This document shows positions 19,028 to 28,176 of a DNA stretch of 64,000 nucleotides, in pieces; the first letter of the stretch is position 1, and the number at the start of each line of letters is the position of its first letter. A model generated the notes under the pieces. The model worked only from the letters and a program-made list of their open reading frames with translations. It searched no databases and was not told the DNA's origin. The position numbers were made by a program, and so were the translations under genes. The stretch is from an uncultured Chloroflexia bacterium (GTDB lineage: Bacteria; Chloroflexota; Chloroflexia; QHBQ01; JADMIH01). Location: NCBI GenBank assembly GCA_963797095.1, contig CAWCNY010000006.1, positions 96,001 to 160,000 of the forward strand, in the 5' to 3' direction.

Positions 19028-20293
19028 ATGTCTGCCGATCACACCCGTAATACGGTGGAGGTGGAGGTTGGAGTAGGTCTGCCTCCGCCTCTAGTCATCT
19101 CCGCTCACGCACATGCAGCCCTCCGCTTCCAGTTCGGCCTATCGTTCTTTGCTTTTATTTTGATAGGCGCTAACGACGCGGCGCTAGGGGTTCTCCTTCC
19201 GAGTGTGCAGGCGTTTTACGACATCGACAAATCCACGGTTGGTCTGATGTTCGTGGCCTCCGTTTCCGGCTATCTGATATCCGCCTTCGCCAGCGGCCTT
19301 CTCGTCGAAAAACTGGGGCGGCGCGCCTACATGCTCACAGGCTGTGCCTCTTTCATATTCGGCATCTCCATGCTTGCGTTTACTCTACCCTTCCCCGTAG
19401 CGGTCGCGGGTGGGGTCTTTACCGGATTCGGCATCGCGGTCATAGACGCGGGGCTTAACGCCTATATTGCCGGACTTCCCAACTCCACATCCACTCTCAA
19501 CTACCTGCATGCTTTTTTTGGGATCGGGGCTCTGCTGGGTCCTCTTGTGGCGAGGGGAGTGCTGAATCTTGGCTTGACCTGGAATGTGGTTTACTATCTC
19601 TGGATAGGTGTCTGCCTGATTCTCTTCTTCGGCTTCGCATTCGCATTCAATGCGCGCCGTTCCCCCGAACCTCCCGCCTACAAAATTGAGGGCGAAAACG
19701 TCGCTCGTGCGATCCTGAGCTTGCCAGTCGTATGGCTGGGAGCTTTCTTCCTCTTTTTCTACGTTGGCGTTGAAATGAGTCTCGGTACATGGGCCTACAG
19801 CTTCCTGACCGAGTTGCGCCTGGATCCTGCCGACTTCTCGGCTGTGGCGGTCAGCGGGTACTGGCTTGGCCTGACCGTCGGACGATTGGTGATGGGCACT
19901 CTGGGCGCTAAGCTGGGCAACATGCGCCTTATACGCCTGTGCCTGGGTGGCACTCTAGCCGGGCTTGCGCTTGTATGGTTCGTGCCGTTCGCTCCCGCCG
20001 AAGCGCTGGGCCTCTGGATCGTGGGTTTCAGCCTTGGGCCCATCTTCCCTACTACGATCTCGTTGATGTCGGGTGCTGTTCCGGCCCGCCTCCTTCCGGG
20101 CGTGGTGGGCTTTCTGACGGGCCTGGGTGCTGTGGGCGCAGCCACCTTCCCGGCAGGTGCGGGCGCGCTTGCCCAGTTTCTCGGCCTGTGGTCCCTGCTC
20201 CCCTTTGAGGTCGCATTGACTTTCCTGCTAATAGGCCTCTGGCTTCGCCTCCAACGTCCGGAGTTGAGGACGGGGGATGATGGTAGTCGGTAG
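19028..20293 (+). CDS. MFS transporter (fucose permease-like)
   Basis: About 12 TM segments, GLLVEKLGRR motif A, LHAFFGIGALLGP, FFYVGVE, GPIFP. Confidence 0.88.
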   Translation: MSADHTRNTVEVEVGVGLPPPLVISAHAHAALRFQFGLSFFAFILIGANDAALGVLLPSVQAFYDIDKSTVGLMFVASVSGYLISAFASGLLVEKLGRRAYMLTGCASFIFGISMLAFTLPFPVAVAGGVFTGFGIAVIDAGLNAYIAGLPNSTSTLNYLHAFFGIGALLGPLVARGVLNLGLTWNVVYYLWIGVCLILFFGFAFAFNARRSPEPPAYKIEGENVARAILSLPVVWLGAFFLFFYVGVEMSLGTWAYSFLTELRLDPADFSAVAVSGYWLGLTVGRLVMGTLGAKLGNMRLIRLCLGGTLAGLALVWFVPFAPAEALGLWIVGFSLGPIFPTTISLMSGAVPARLLPGVVGFLTGLGAVGAATFPAGAGALAQFLGLWSLLPFEVALTFLLIGLWLRLQRPELRTGDDGSR

Positions 20294-20360
20294 TCGGTAG
20301 TCGGTAGTCGGTGGACGAGTGACGAGTGACGAGTGACGAGTGATGAGTGATGAGTGATGA
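20282..20360. repeat. Heptamer tandem repeats (TAGTCGG x4, TGACGAG x3-4, TGATGAG x3)
   Basis: Seen directly. Begins across the MFS stop codon. Confidence 0.92.
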
Positions 20361-20487
20361 GGGGGATAGGCACGTTTTGTGTGCTGCATTTGCCCTCTGG
20401 GACGATTGTCTTTGCCGGAGTAGGACCTTTAGTGCCTTCCCTAACTGTTGCCATTATGCGTAAATATTATCAGGAGGAATAGCATAA

Positions 20488-21885
20488 GTGCTGGGTTCCA
20501 CTGCCAACGTGCCTGCTGCCATAATAAACGATCCATATGCCAAAGGTGCTATGTTTAATCTCTTGTTTGAACAGGCTCCTATGGGCATAGCGCTCATCTC
20601 GCTTGACGGGCGCATCCTCAATGCCAACCCTCAGTTGTGCCTTATGCTTGGTTATGCAGAAGCGGAGCTAGCTTCCCGCGCCATCCACGACGTTACTCAC
20701 CCCGCCGATGTACCCGACAATGACGAGCTTTACAGGCGTCTCGTTACGGGCGAACCGGCCAACTACACCCTGGAGAAACGCTATCTACGCAAAGATGGAG
20801 GTATGGCCTGGTGCCAGCAAGTTGTTACTCTGGTGCGCGACCCGGCAGGTGCCCCTCATCATTTCATCGCCATGCTAACAGACATCACAGCCCTACTCAA
20901 AGCCCGCCAGGAACTGTCACAAGCCCATGCCCGCTACCAGGCAATACTTGATAACGTGGCCTATTTCCTGTTCGTCACCGACGCCGCCGGAACTCTCACG
21001 TATGTCAACAGCTCCTGCACCACCCTGGTGGGCTGGTCTGCCGATGAACTTGCGGGTGACGACCTGTACGCGTACATATATCCCGACGACCGCTCGGTAA
21101 TTAAGCAGGCTTTTGACCAACTCCTGGTAAACACAGATGAGGGTATCAACATCAGGTGTAGAACCTTCCATAAGGACGGCCACTGGGTGTGGGTCGATAT
21201 CGATGCCCTTGCTATTCCAGCCGCAGACGGCACTTATTCCGAAATCGCTGGTGCGGTGCGCAGCGCGGGCAACCTGGAGGGCGAATATTCGATCCTCGGA
21301 GACGAAAACGATCAATCGTCCGGCCGCAAGCAAAACATACAGAACTTCGCCTCACTTACTCTCTCCGATCCACTCACGGGGCTGCGCAATCGCCAGGCCG
21401 CCGACGATATTCTCCTTTCCAGACTTAGCAGCGCTCGCGCTTCTGCCTTTCCTGTTGGCTGCCTGCTGGTGGACATTGACTGGTTCAAGCAGGTGAGTGA
21501 CAACTACGGTCCTGCCGTGGCCGATACGGTGCTGAAGCAGATCGCCACGCTACTTGCTCTCTCTTGCCGCCACGACGACTTCGTGGCGCATTATGGCGGC
21601 GACCAGTTCGTAATCGTGCTCCCCAACACCAACCCTGCTGGTACTATCATCTGCGGCGAGAAGCTGATTCGCAACATAAGAGGGGCTGATTGGTCCAACA
21701 CACCTCTTGAAGGGAAGGATCCGATCACTATCAGTATCGGCGCTACCTGCGTGCAGTACGGGTCGGGGCTTGCGGTGCCCGAATTGATGGGCATCCTTAC
21801 CTCGCAACTTCAACAGGCTAAGGAGGCAGGCCGCAATCGCCTGGTGATGAACACCCGCCAGATTACCGGTAATTTGCAGCGCTAG
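20488..21885 (+). CDS. PAS-PAC-PAS-GGDEF sensor protein with variant active site
   Basis: Two PAS/PAC domains (THPAD, EKRYLRKDG; HKDGHWVW), DPLTGLRNR, RHDD I-site, AHYGGDQF. AGGAGG upstream of GTG. Confidence 0.9.
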   Translation: MLGSTANVPAAIINDPYAKGAMFNLLFEQAPMGIALISLDGRILNANPQLCLMLGYAEAELASRAIHDVTHPADVPDNDELYRRLVTGEPANYTLEKRYLRKDGGMAWCQQVVTLVRDPAGAPHHFIAMLTDITALLKARQELSQAHARYQAILDNVAYFLFVTDAAGTLTYVNSSCTTLVGWSADELAGDDLYAYIYPDDRSVIKQAFDQLLVNTDEGINIRCRTFHKDGHWVWVDIDALAIPAADGTYSEIAGAVRSAGNLEGEYSILGDENDQSSGRKQNIQNFASLTLSDPLTGLRNRQAADDILLSRLSSARASAFPVGCLLVDIDWFKQVSDNYGPAVADTVLKQIATLLALSCRHDDFVAHYGGDQFVIVLPNTNPAGTIICGEKLIRNIRGADWSNTPLEGKDPITISIGATCVQYGSGLAVPELMGILTSQLQQAKEAGRNRLVMNTRQITGNLQR

Positions 21886-22074
21886 ACCTCGCGCCGCGCA
21901 TATTTTTGCATCTATCGCTGCGATCTTGCCATCGCCGGCCATGAACACGCGATGGCGTTTAGAATGCCCCTTTCCAATATCAATGATTGATGGTATACAT
22001 ATGCTGTTGTCGTATCCGGTACGGCGACTTATCGCGAGGGATTGATTGGTAGGAAAGGGAAAGTTGGAGGAGAG

Positions 22075-22380
22075 GTGGAGATAGACGAAGAAGAAGAGAA
22101 GGCCTACCGGGTATTCATCGATGATAACTTCCACTATATGGACGAGGAATACCGCACCTTCTACGGAAAATTCGATACCTGCGAAGAGGCTACCCGAGTA
22201 TGTATGTACTTCGTGAATGAGTCTCTGCGCGACTTATATCAGCCGGGGATGACCGCCGAAGCACTCTTTCAGAGATACCGAGACTTCGGTGAAGACCCAT
22301 TCATCCGCAGTTCCGACCAACCGTGCAGATTCTCCGCCTGGACCTACGCAAAGGAACGCTGCGCTGAAATCTGCGGATAA
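22075..22380 (+). CDS. Hypothetical small protein
   Basis: GGAGG RBS before GTG 22075. Protein-like composition (YRVFIDDNFHYMDE...FGEDPFI...FSAWTYAKERC). Confidence 0.65.
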   Translation: MEIDEEEEKAYRVFIDDNFHYMDEEYRTFYGKFDTCEEATRVCMYFVNESLRDLYQPGMTAEALFQRYRDFGEDPFIRSSDQPCRFSAWTYAKERCAEICG

Positions 22381-22444
22381 ACGAACGGCGGACGATGGAC
22401 GATGGACCGCCGTTCGTTAGGCTTTATTGAATGTTCAGGCCCTA

Positions 22445-23368
22445 CTAGGCGGTCCTCTGCTTTAATCGCCCTAGCATCCAGGCTCGGAACTCGGTTGCTT
22501 TCCCTGCGGTGAAGGTGATCCCCAGAAGCACCAGCAATAGACCTCCCACCGCCGCCCAGGTGATCGTCTCGTTCAGGAGAAGCGCACCCCACATGAGGGC
22601 GAAACCGGGTAGCAAGTAGGTCACCAGGAGTGTACCGGTCACCCCCACATTGCTCAACAGCCAGAAATAGAGGAGAGTGGCGATGGCGGTGCCGAGTATC
22701 GAAAGCGTTACTACCGATCCGATTGCCTGCCATGAGGGCACCTGCGCCGGTATCTGGAACAGCGCGAAGGGCAGCAGCACCAGTGTACCCGCGATCAACT
22801 GACCAGTTGCCCCTACATGTGGCGGCAATCCCTTTAGTCTCTTGCGCCCATAGATCCCCGAAACAGCGTAGCTGAGGGCCGCCAGCAAAACGGCCCCTTG
22901 CCCCAGCAGGTACATTGTTGTGTCCACATCCCCTTTGTGCGCCAGGTTGCCGCTCACTACCAGCACCACGCCTGCCATCCCTATGAACAGCCCTATCAGC
23001 CGCCCCGGCGATAGCCTTTCTGCCCATATCCATACAAACCCTAGCGCGCCACCCCATAGAGGCGTGCAAGCATTGTAAATTGAGGCCAATCCACTGCTGA
23101 TATATGTCTCGCCCCATGTGATCAGTACATATGGGACCGCGCAGTTGATCAATCCCATCACCAGCATCGTCGGCCAATGGTCGCGCATCAGCCCGAACGT
23201 CCCAGCTCGCGATATGCTTACCACCACCAGCGTCAACGCGGCCAGCGCCAGCCTCATCTCTACAAGGAAGAAGGGCTGCATTTCCTCCCCGCCCACCTTG
23301 ATGAACATAAAAGAAGCGCCCCAAATCGCCCCCAGCAAGAGCAGCATCCCAAATCCTTTGGTCGTCAT
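22445..23368 (-). CDS. DMT/EamA-family transporter
   Basis: IWGASFMFIK, duplicated 5-TM EamA repeats, WGALLLNE. Confidence 0.92.
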   Translation of the reverse strand: MTTKGFGMLLLLGAIWGASFMFIKVGGEEMQPFFLVEMRLALAALTLVVVSISRAGTFGLMRDHWPTMLVMGLINCAVPYVLITWGETYISSGLASIYNACTPLWGGALGFVWIWAERLSPGRLIGLFIGMAGVVLVVSGNLAHKGDVDTTMYLLGQGAVLLAALSYAVSGIYGRKRLKGLPPHVGATGQLIAGTLVLLPFALFQIPAQVPSWQAIGSVVTLSILGTAIATLLYFWLLSNVGVTGTLLVTYLLPGFALMWGALLLNETITWAAVGGLLLVLLGITFTAGKATEFRAWMLGRLKQRTA

Positions 23369-23692
23369 CTCACCTTCCTCCCCTTCCCGTTCCAGGATCT
23401 ATTTTGCTTTCTTCTCTAATTTACACCCGTTTCTTGTATGTCGCTATCCCGTTCTTGTCATTCTAAATCGCTTTGCATCACATGTCGAAATAGTGCTCAA
23501 TCTACCTCCTGTATGGGACTTCTTGCCCTCCCCTACTAGGACTTCTTACTTCTTTTATTATGAAACCAGGCGCGGGTATAATGCTCATAGGGAACCGTGC
23601 GCCGGCGCATGGGTCTTGTTTTGATTAGCGCAAAGGCATGGCCGGCGTAATCACGGCGCTATCCAAGCAACCACCCACAAATAGGATCAACT

Positions 23693-25684
23693 GTGTGCGC
23701 TAATAATATCCAAAGATTGAACCCGCTCCAGCCTCTTCCTCAGGAAGAGGAGTGGGACGGGCAACCACAAACACAACCCGCATACCCCACCAATCGTGCA
23801 GCCTACCCTTCTGAGGACGGGCTGGACCCAATGCTGAGAATGACCCAGGATAGATCACAACCTCCCAACAGGCTCGAAGGCGGCGGCATCTTCGCTATCC
23901 CCAACGGCCCCCGACCCGAGGAAATACCGGGTTTTCCTTTTCCTGACCCCTCTGAGCACGCCGAAACCTCACCCTACGCAAACAAATCGAACGGTGGCTC
24001 TATGCCTTCTGCAAGCCCGACCTCTCAGGCCCCCAGCATGCCGGGCACGACAGGCCCGACCGCCGGGCAACCAGGGCAGGCGGCGCGCCCCGGTATCCAC
24101 CCCCTGAGCGGATTACCCCGCCAGGCATTGCCAAACCTGCCCACCCAATCCGCCCAGGCTGCTCCCCCTGTGCAGACGCCCAAACCCACTCAACCCACTC
24201 AACCCACTCAACCTACTCAACCTACTCAGGCCCCTTCGCACTCCCCGCTTCCCTCTCAGCCTGCCCAGGCCCCCTTCGGCCAATCCGGACCCACGCAATC
24301 GGGACGTGTCACCGGCGGTTTCGGCGGCCAGGCTACGCCCAACCGCAATGGCTATGGTTCGCCCAACGGCGCCGATGGCTGGCAAAACACCTATCTCGAC
24401 TCGCTCGAAACCCTCTTCCCTGAGCCGCGCTCGCTTGCCGAGACGGGGATCAACCAGGGATTGATCGCCGACCTGGTGATCAAAAGCATGTACTTCACTT
24501 CGTATATGAGCGGGCAGGATATCTCCTCGATCCTTCGCTTACCCTACTACGGTGTGCTTGACCAGGTGATTACGCTCATGAAAAAGGAGCAACTTTGCGA
24601 GGTGAGCGGCACATCGGGCCTCGGTGAAGCGGGCTACCAGTACGTGCTCACGATCAAAGGCATGGAGCGCGCCCACCAGGTCCTTGAGCGCTCCAGCTAC
24701 GTCGGCGCATGCCCCGTCCCCCTTGCCCGCTACATTGAGACCATCAAGCTCCTCACCTCTAACAAGCCCACCGTCTATCGTGATAACGTGGAAAACGCCC
24801 TTCGCGGTATGATCATCAGCGAAGACCTCACCAACGCGGTGGGGGCTGCCGTCAACGCGGGCAAATCGCTTTTCCTCTTCGGCGCACCCGGCAACGGCAA
24901 GACGCTTCTCGCGGAGCGCATCGCCACCATGCTCGGCGGTGCTATCGCCGTCCCTTACGCCATCGAGGCCGACGGCCAGATCATCCAGATGTTCGACCTC
25001 AACAGCCATCGTCCTGCTGTTCCGGCTGGCATGAGCGACCTGGACCCCACCAAAGCCGAGCTTACCGACAGGCGCTGGGTGCGCGTCCACCGTCCGGTGG
25101 TGGTGGTTGGCGGCGAGCTAACCATGCCCTCCCTCGACCTTGTTTTCAACGAGAACGCGGGCTTCTATGAAGCGCCCTTCCAGCTTAAGGCTAACGGCGG
25201 CCTTTTCCTCATTGACGACTTTGGACGCCAGCAGGTAAGTCCCCAGGCCCTTCTCAACCGCTGGATCGTCCCCCTTGAAAAAGGGATCGACTTCCTGACC
25301 CTCAAGACCGGCAAGAAGCTACAGGTGCCATTCGAGCTTTTCCTGGTCCTCTCCACCAACCTTAGCCCTGAGGACCTCATCGACGATGCGTTCCTTCGTC
25401 GTATTCAGAACAAGCTGAGCGTGCCCGATCCCACGCCTCAGCAGTTTCTCGATATCTTCGTCGGGCAGTGCAAGATGGTGAACATACCATTCGACCAGAG
25501 CGCCTTCAACTACCTGGTCAAGAAACAGTATATAGAGATAAAGCGCCCCTTCCGCGCCTCTCACCCACGCGACCTTCTGCGCCAGTTGATCGGCATCGCC
25601 CGCTACCGGAATATCCAGCCTGAAATGACCCCCCAACTGCTCGATGCCGCGTGTGCCACTTATTTCGTCAATACGAAGAGGTAG
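23693..25684 (+). CDS. AAA-family ATPase with a long Pro/Gln-rich N-terminus and a winged-helix-like middle region
   Basis: Walker A GAPGNGKT, Walker B FLIDDFGRQ, STN sensor, AFLRRI Arg finger. Start uncertain (GTG 23693 or a later ATG). Confidence 0.85.
   Translation: MCANNIQRLNPLQPLPQEEEWDGQPQTQPAYPTNRAAYPSEDGLDPMLRMTQDRSQPPNRLEGGGIFAIPNGPRPEEIPGFPFPDPSEHAETSPYANKSNGGSMPSASPTSQAPSMPGTTGPTAGQPGQAARPGIHPLSGLPRQALPNLPTQSAQAAPPVQTPKPTQPTQPTQPTQPTQAPSHSPLPSQPAQAPFGQSGPTQSGRVTGGFGGQATPNRNGYGSPNGADGWQNTYLDSLETLFPEPRSLAETGINQGLIADLVIKSMYFTSYMSGQDISSILRLPYYGVLDQVITLMKKEQLCEVSGTSGLGEAGYQYVLTIKGMERAHQVLERSSYVGACPVPLARYIETIKLLTSNKPTVYRDNVENALRGMIISEDLTNAVGAAVNAGKSLFLFGAPGNGKTLLAERIATMLGGAIAVPYAIEADGQIIQMFDLNSHRPAVPAGMSDLDPTKAELTDRRWVRVHRPVVVVGGELTMPSLDLVFNENAGFYEAPFQLKANGGLFLIDDFGRQQVSPQALLNRWIVPLEKGIDFLTLKTGKKLQVPFELFLVLSTNLSPEDLIDDAFLRRIQNKLSVPDPTPQQFLDIFVGQCKMVNIPFDQSAFNYLVKKQYIEIKRPFRASHPRDLLRQLIGIARYRNIQPEMTPQLLDAACATYFVNTKR
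24185..24229 (+). repeat. In-frame 9-bp tandem repeat (PTQ x5)
   Basis: CCCACTCAA/CCTACTCAA units within the ATPase N-terminal tail. Confidence 0.85.
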
Positions 25685-25751
25685 GTTGTTGGTAGTTGGT
25701 AGCCGGTAGCCGATAGTCAGAACCAGGTAAGATCGTCGCACGGAGAATGTC

Positions 25752-26108
25752 ATGCTGAATAGGGTAGATGAAAAAGGAAAAGTATTCACCGCGCGGGTGC
25801 GCAAGATGGAGGTTGAGGTACAAATCTCCACGGTGCAGGGGCAGGTACACGGCTATGTGCATCTTCAGCCCGGCCAGCGTATCAAGGACCTTCTGAACAA
25901 TACCTCCGAACAATTCCTTGCTATTACCCAGGCTACCGTTCAGCCCAAAACTGAGGTCAAATCGGGCACAAAGGCTGCTGCCGCTCAACCCCCGGCCAGC
26001 GAAGTTGAGTTCCTGGCTCTAAACAAGCAGTACATAATCTCTGTGGTGCCGATTGACGAAGACAAAATCGAGCGGCGACGTGACGAGGAGTATTACATAC
26101 CGCGCTGA
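25752..26108 (+). CDS. Small conserved hypothetical protein (DUF6812-like)
   Basis: GGAG RBS. GYVHL.PGQRIKDLLN...FLAITQA...FLALNKQYI pattern. Family name is from recall. Confidence 0.65.
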   Translation: MLNRVDEKGKVFTARVRKMEVEVQISTVQGQVHGYVHLQPGQRIKDLLNNTSEQFLAITQATVQPKTEVKSGTKAAAAQPPASEVEFLALNKQYIISVVPIDEDKIERRRDEEYYIPR

Positions 26109-26119
26109 GGTTTCCAGCT

Positions 26120-27991
26120 ATGCCTTACAACAACCTACCGGATGGAACGCCTACGGGCTTCGATCCCAACTCACCCAATAACAACCAGAACGCGCACAAC
26201 GGCAACGGCTCTTCAGGCCACCCCTCATCAGGTCTCGACCCCGATGCCGCCATTAATAGCCAGCAGCAACTGAGTGTCTTCTTCCCAAGCGGCGTCGATG
26301 ACGAGCTGGAGTCGGTACTCAAGCCTTTACTTGATAGCACTTACACAGGCCCAGGCTCTGACGCACCAACCGGCCAAAGTAGCCGCAATAACAGCCCCTA
26401 CAATCGCCCTCACCGCGTACCTAACCCTGAGCTACTTCAGGAGCCGATCCTTACGCCAGGTGTTGGCCCATTCCCTGTCGGCGCTGACCCCGGTGGGGCT
26501 GCCAATCCATCCGGTCGTCTTCGGCCCATCCAGCCGATCAATATCAACACTACCGCTCCGCTTACACCCTTGCCCGGCACAGTGCCCGTGGTGGTAGCGC
26601 GGCCCGGTTCAGGCGGGACCACAGGCAATATCGGCGGCTCGGCCTCTACAGGTTCTCTCTCCGACTATGGTATCACCCACGCTACCGGCCCGCTCAACAC
26701 GTATACTTCTCCGCAGCTTGTGCAATCCCTGGTGTCTCGCATCCTGTCGGGTATTCCTTCCACTGCTATGCTCGAACGCTCTCCAGACATAGAGCAGATG
26801 CTTGCGGGCCGCTTTATGTCAGCCCTTTCGCAGCTACCGGGTCTGACTGGGCCTGTGCCCGCGAACAGCCAGCCTGTGCTCTTTAGATTGGTGGTGGACG
26901 AGATTCTGGGCTGGGGTCCGCTCGAACCGCTTATGCAGGACAACACGGTCACCGAAATAATGGTCAACGGGCCTAATCAAGTATGGGTCGAGCGTGACGG
27001 CCAGATGGTTGATACAGATGTGCGGTTCCTCAATGACGACCACCTGCTCCGCACAGTCTCGCGTATGGCGGCGCACATGGGGCGCAGGCTGGACCGCAAA
27101 TGGCCTATGGTCGATGGTCGTCTCCGGGATGGCTCCCGCGTCAACATAGTCGGCCCGCCTTGCGCCGTCAACGGGGCTTCGATAACCATCCGCAAGCAGG
27201 GGAACACAACGTTTACCCTGTCAACTCTCATTGAGTACGGCACGGTTCCACAGGACCTGGCCGATTTCCTGCGGGTTTGCGTGCTTGGCAGGCTGAACAT
27301 CCTGGTAACGGGGGGCGCTGCCTCCGGCAAGACTACTCTCCTCAATGTTCTCGGCTCATTCATTCCTGAGGACGAGCGAATTGTGGCCATAGAAGAGTCG
27401 GCGGAGCTCAGGCTGGATCACCGCCATGTGGTTTCCCTCGAAACCCGCCCGCCGGACTACGATACGATGTCGGGCGCGCTGGCTAGCAGCAATTCGGGCG
27501 AAATCAGTGTGCGCCATCTTGTGGCAAATGCCCTTCGCATGCGGGCAGCGCGTCTCCTTGTGGGAGAGATAAGGGGTGGGGAAATCCTCGATCTGGTATC
27601 TGCAATGAATACCGGCCATGATGGCGTGCTGGCAGCCCTCCACGCCAGCACTCCGCGCGATGCGGTGTCGCACCTGGAGTCAATGGCAATCATGTCTGGA
27701 ACCAGCCTCCCGGCGCGCTCGCTGCGGGAAGCCATTGCTACTGCCATTGACCTGATTGTGCAAATTGCCCACCTGCGCGATGGAACCCGCAAGGTGATTT
27801 ATGTGGCCGAGGTTCGGGGCATGGAAGGCGATTCTATTGCGCTTAAAGATATCTTCCGGTGGCACGAACTGGCCGATGAGGAGTTGGGTACCTCGCATGG
27901 TTATCTTGAGCCCACGGGGCATACCCCCAGGTTCATTTACCGGCTGCAAGATCGCGGGTTGAAGCTTGACCGCACGCTTTTCTCGACTTGA
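26120..27991 (+). CDS. CpaF/TadA-family secretion ATPase with disordered N-terminal extension
   Basis: GWGPLEPL, EIMVNG, RLRDGSRVN, Walker A GGAASGKTT, VGEIRG, MNTGHDG. Confidence 0.9.
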   Translation: MPYNNLPDGTPTGFDPNSPNNNQNAHNGNGSSGHPSSGLDPDAAINSQQQLSVFFPSGVDDELESVLKPLLDSTYTGPGSDAPTGQSSRNNSPYNRPHRVPNPELLQEPILTPGVGPFPVGADPGGAANPSGRLRPIQPININTTAPLTPLPGTVPVVVARPGSGGTTGNIGGSASTGSLSDYGITHATGPLNTYTSPQLVQSLVSRILSGIPSTAMLERSPDIEQMLAGRFMSALSQLPGLTGPVPANSQPVLFRLVVDEILGWGPLEPLMQDNTVTEIMVNGPNQVWVERDGQMVDTDVRFLNDDHLLRTVSRMAAHMGRRLDRKWPMVDGRLRDGSRVNIVGPPCAVNGASITIRKQGNTTFTLSTLIEYGTVPQDLADFLRVCVLGRLNILVTGGAASGKTTLLNVLGSFIPEDERIVAIEESAELRLDHRHVVSLETRPPDYDTMSGALASSNSGEISVRHLVANALRMRAARLLVGEIRGGEILDLVSAMNTGHDGVLAALHASTPRDAVSHLESMAIMSGTSLPARSLREAIATAIDLIVQIAHLRDGTRKVIYVAEVRGMEGDSIALKDIFRWHELADEELGTSHGYLEPTGHTPRFIYRLQDRGLKLDRTLFST

Positions 27992-28033
27992 GCAACTGTT
28001 ATTTCGGTGCAAATGCTTGCTCCTGTGCCCTTG

Positions 28034-28153
28034 AAGACCCAACCCAACCCCTCCCCAAATCTTGGGGAGGGGCCCGCTCTTTTTAGAACCAGATTGCACG
28101 CCTGTGAAGCTGTATCTAATATTCGGAACTAATATTCGGGACGACCCATGTTT
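28034..28153. repeat. REP/MITE-like element, family A (hairpin plus conserved tail)
   Basis: CCCCTCCCCAA-ATC-TTGGGGAGGGG then GCTCTTTTTAGAACCAGATTGCA...TTCGGGA...CATGTTT. Closely similar to 60270-60432. Confidence 0.8.
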
Positions 28154-28176
28154 ACCTTTTAGAAATTTGTAGGGCT

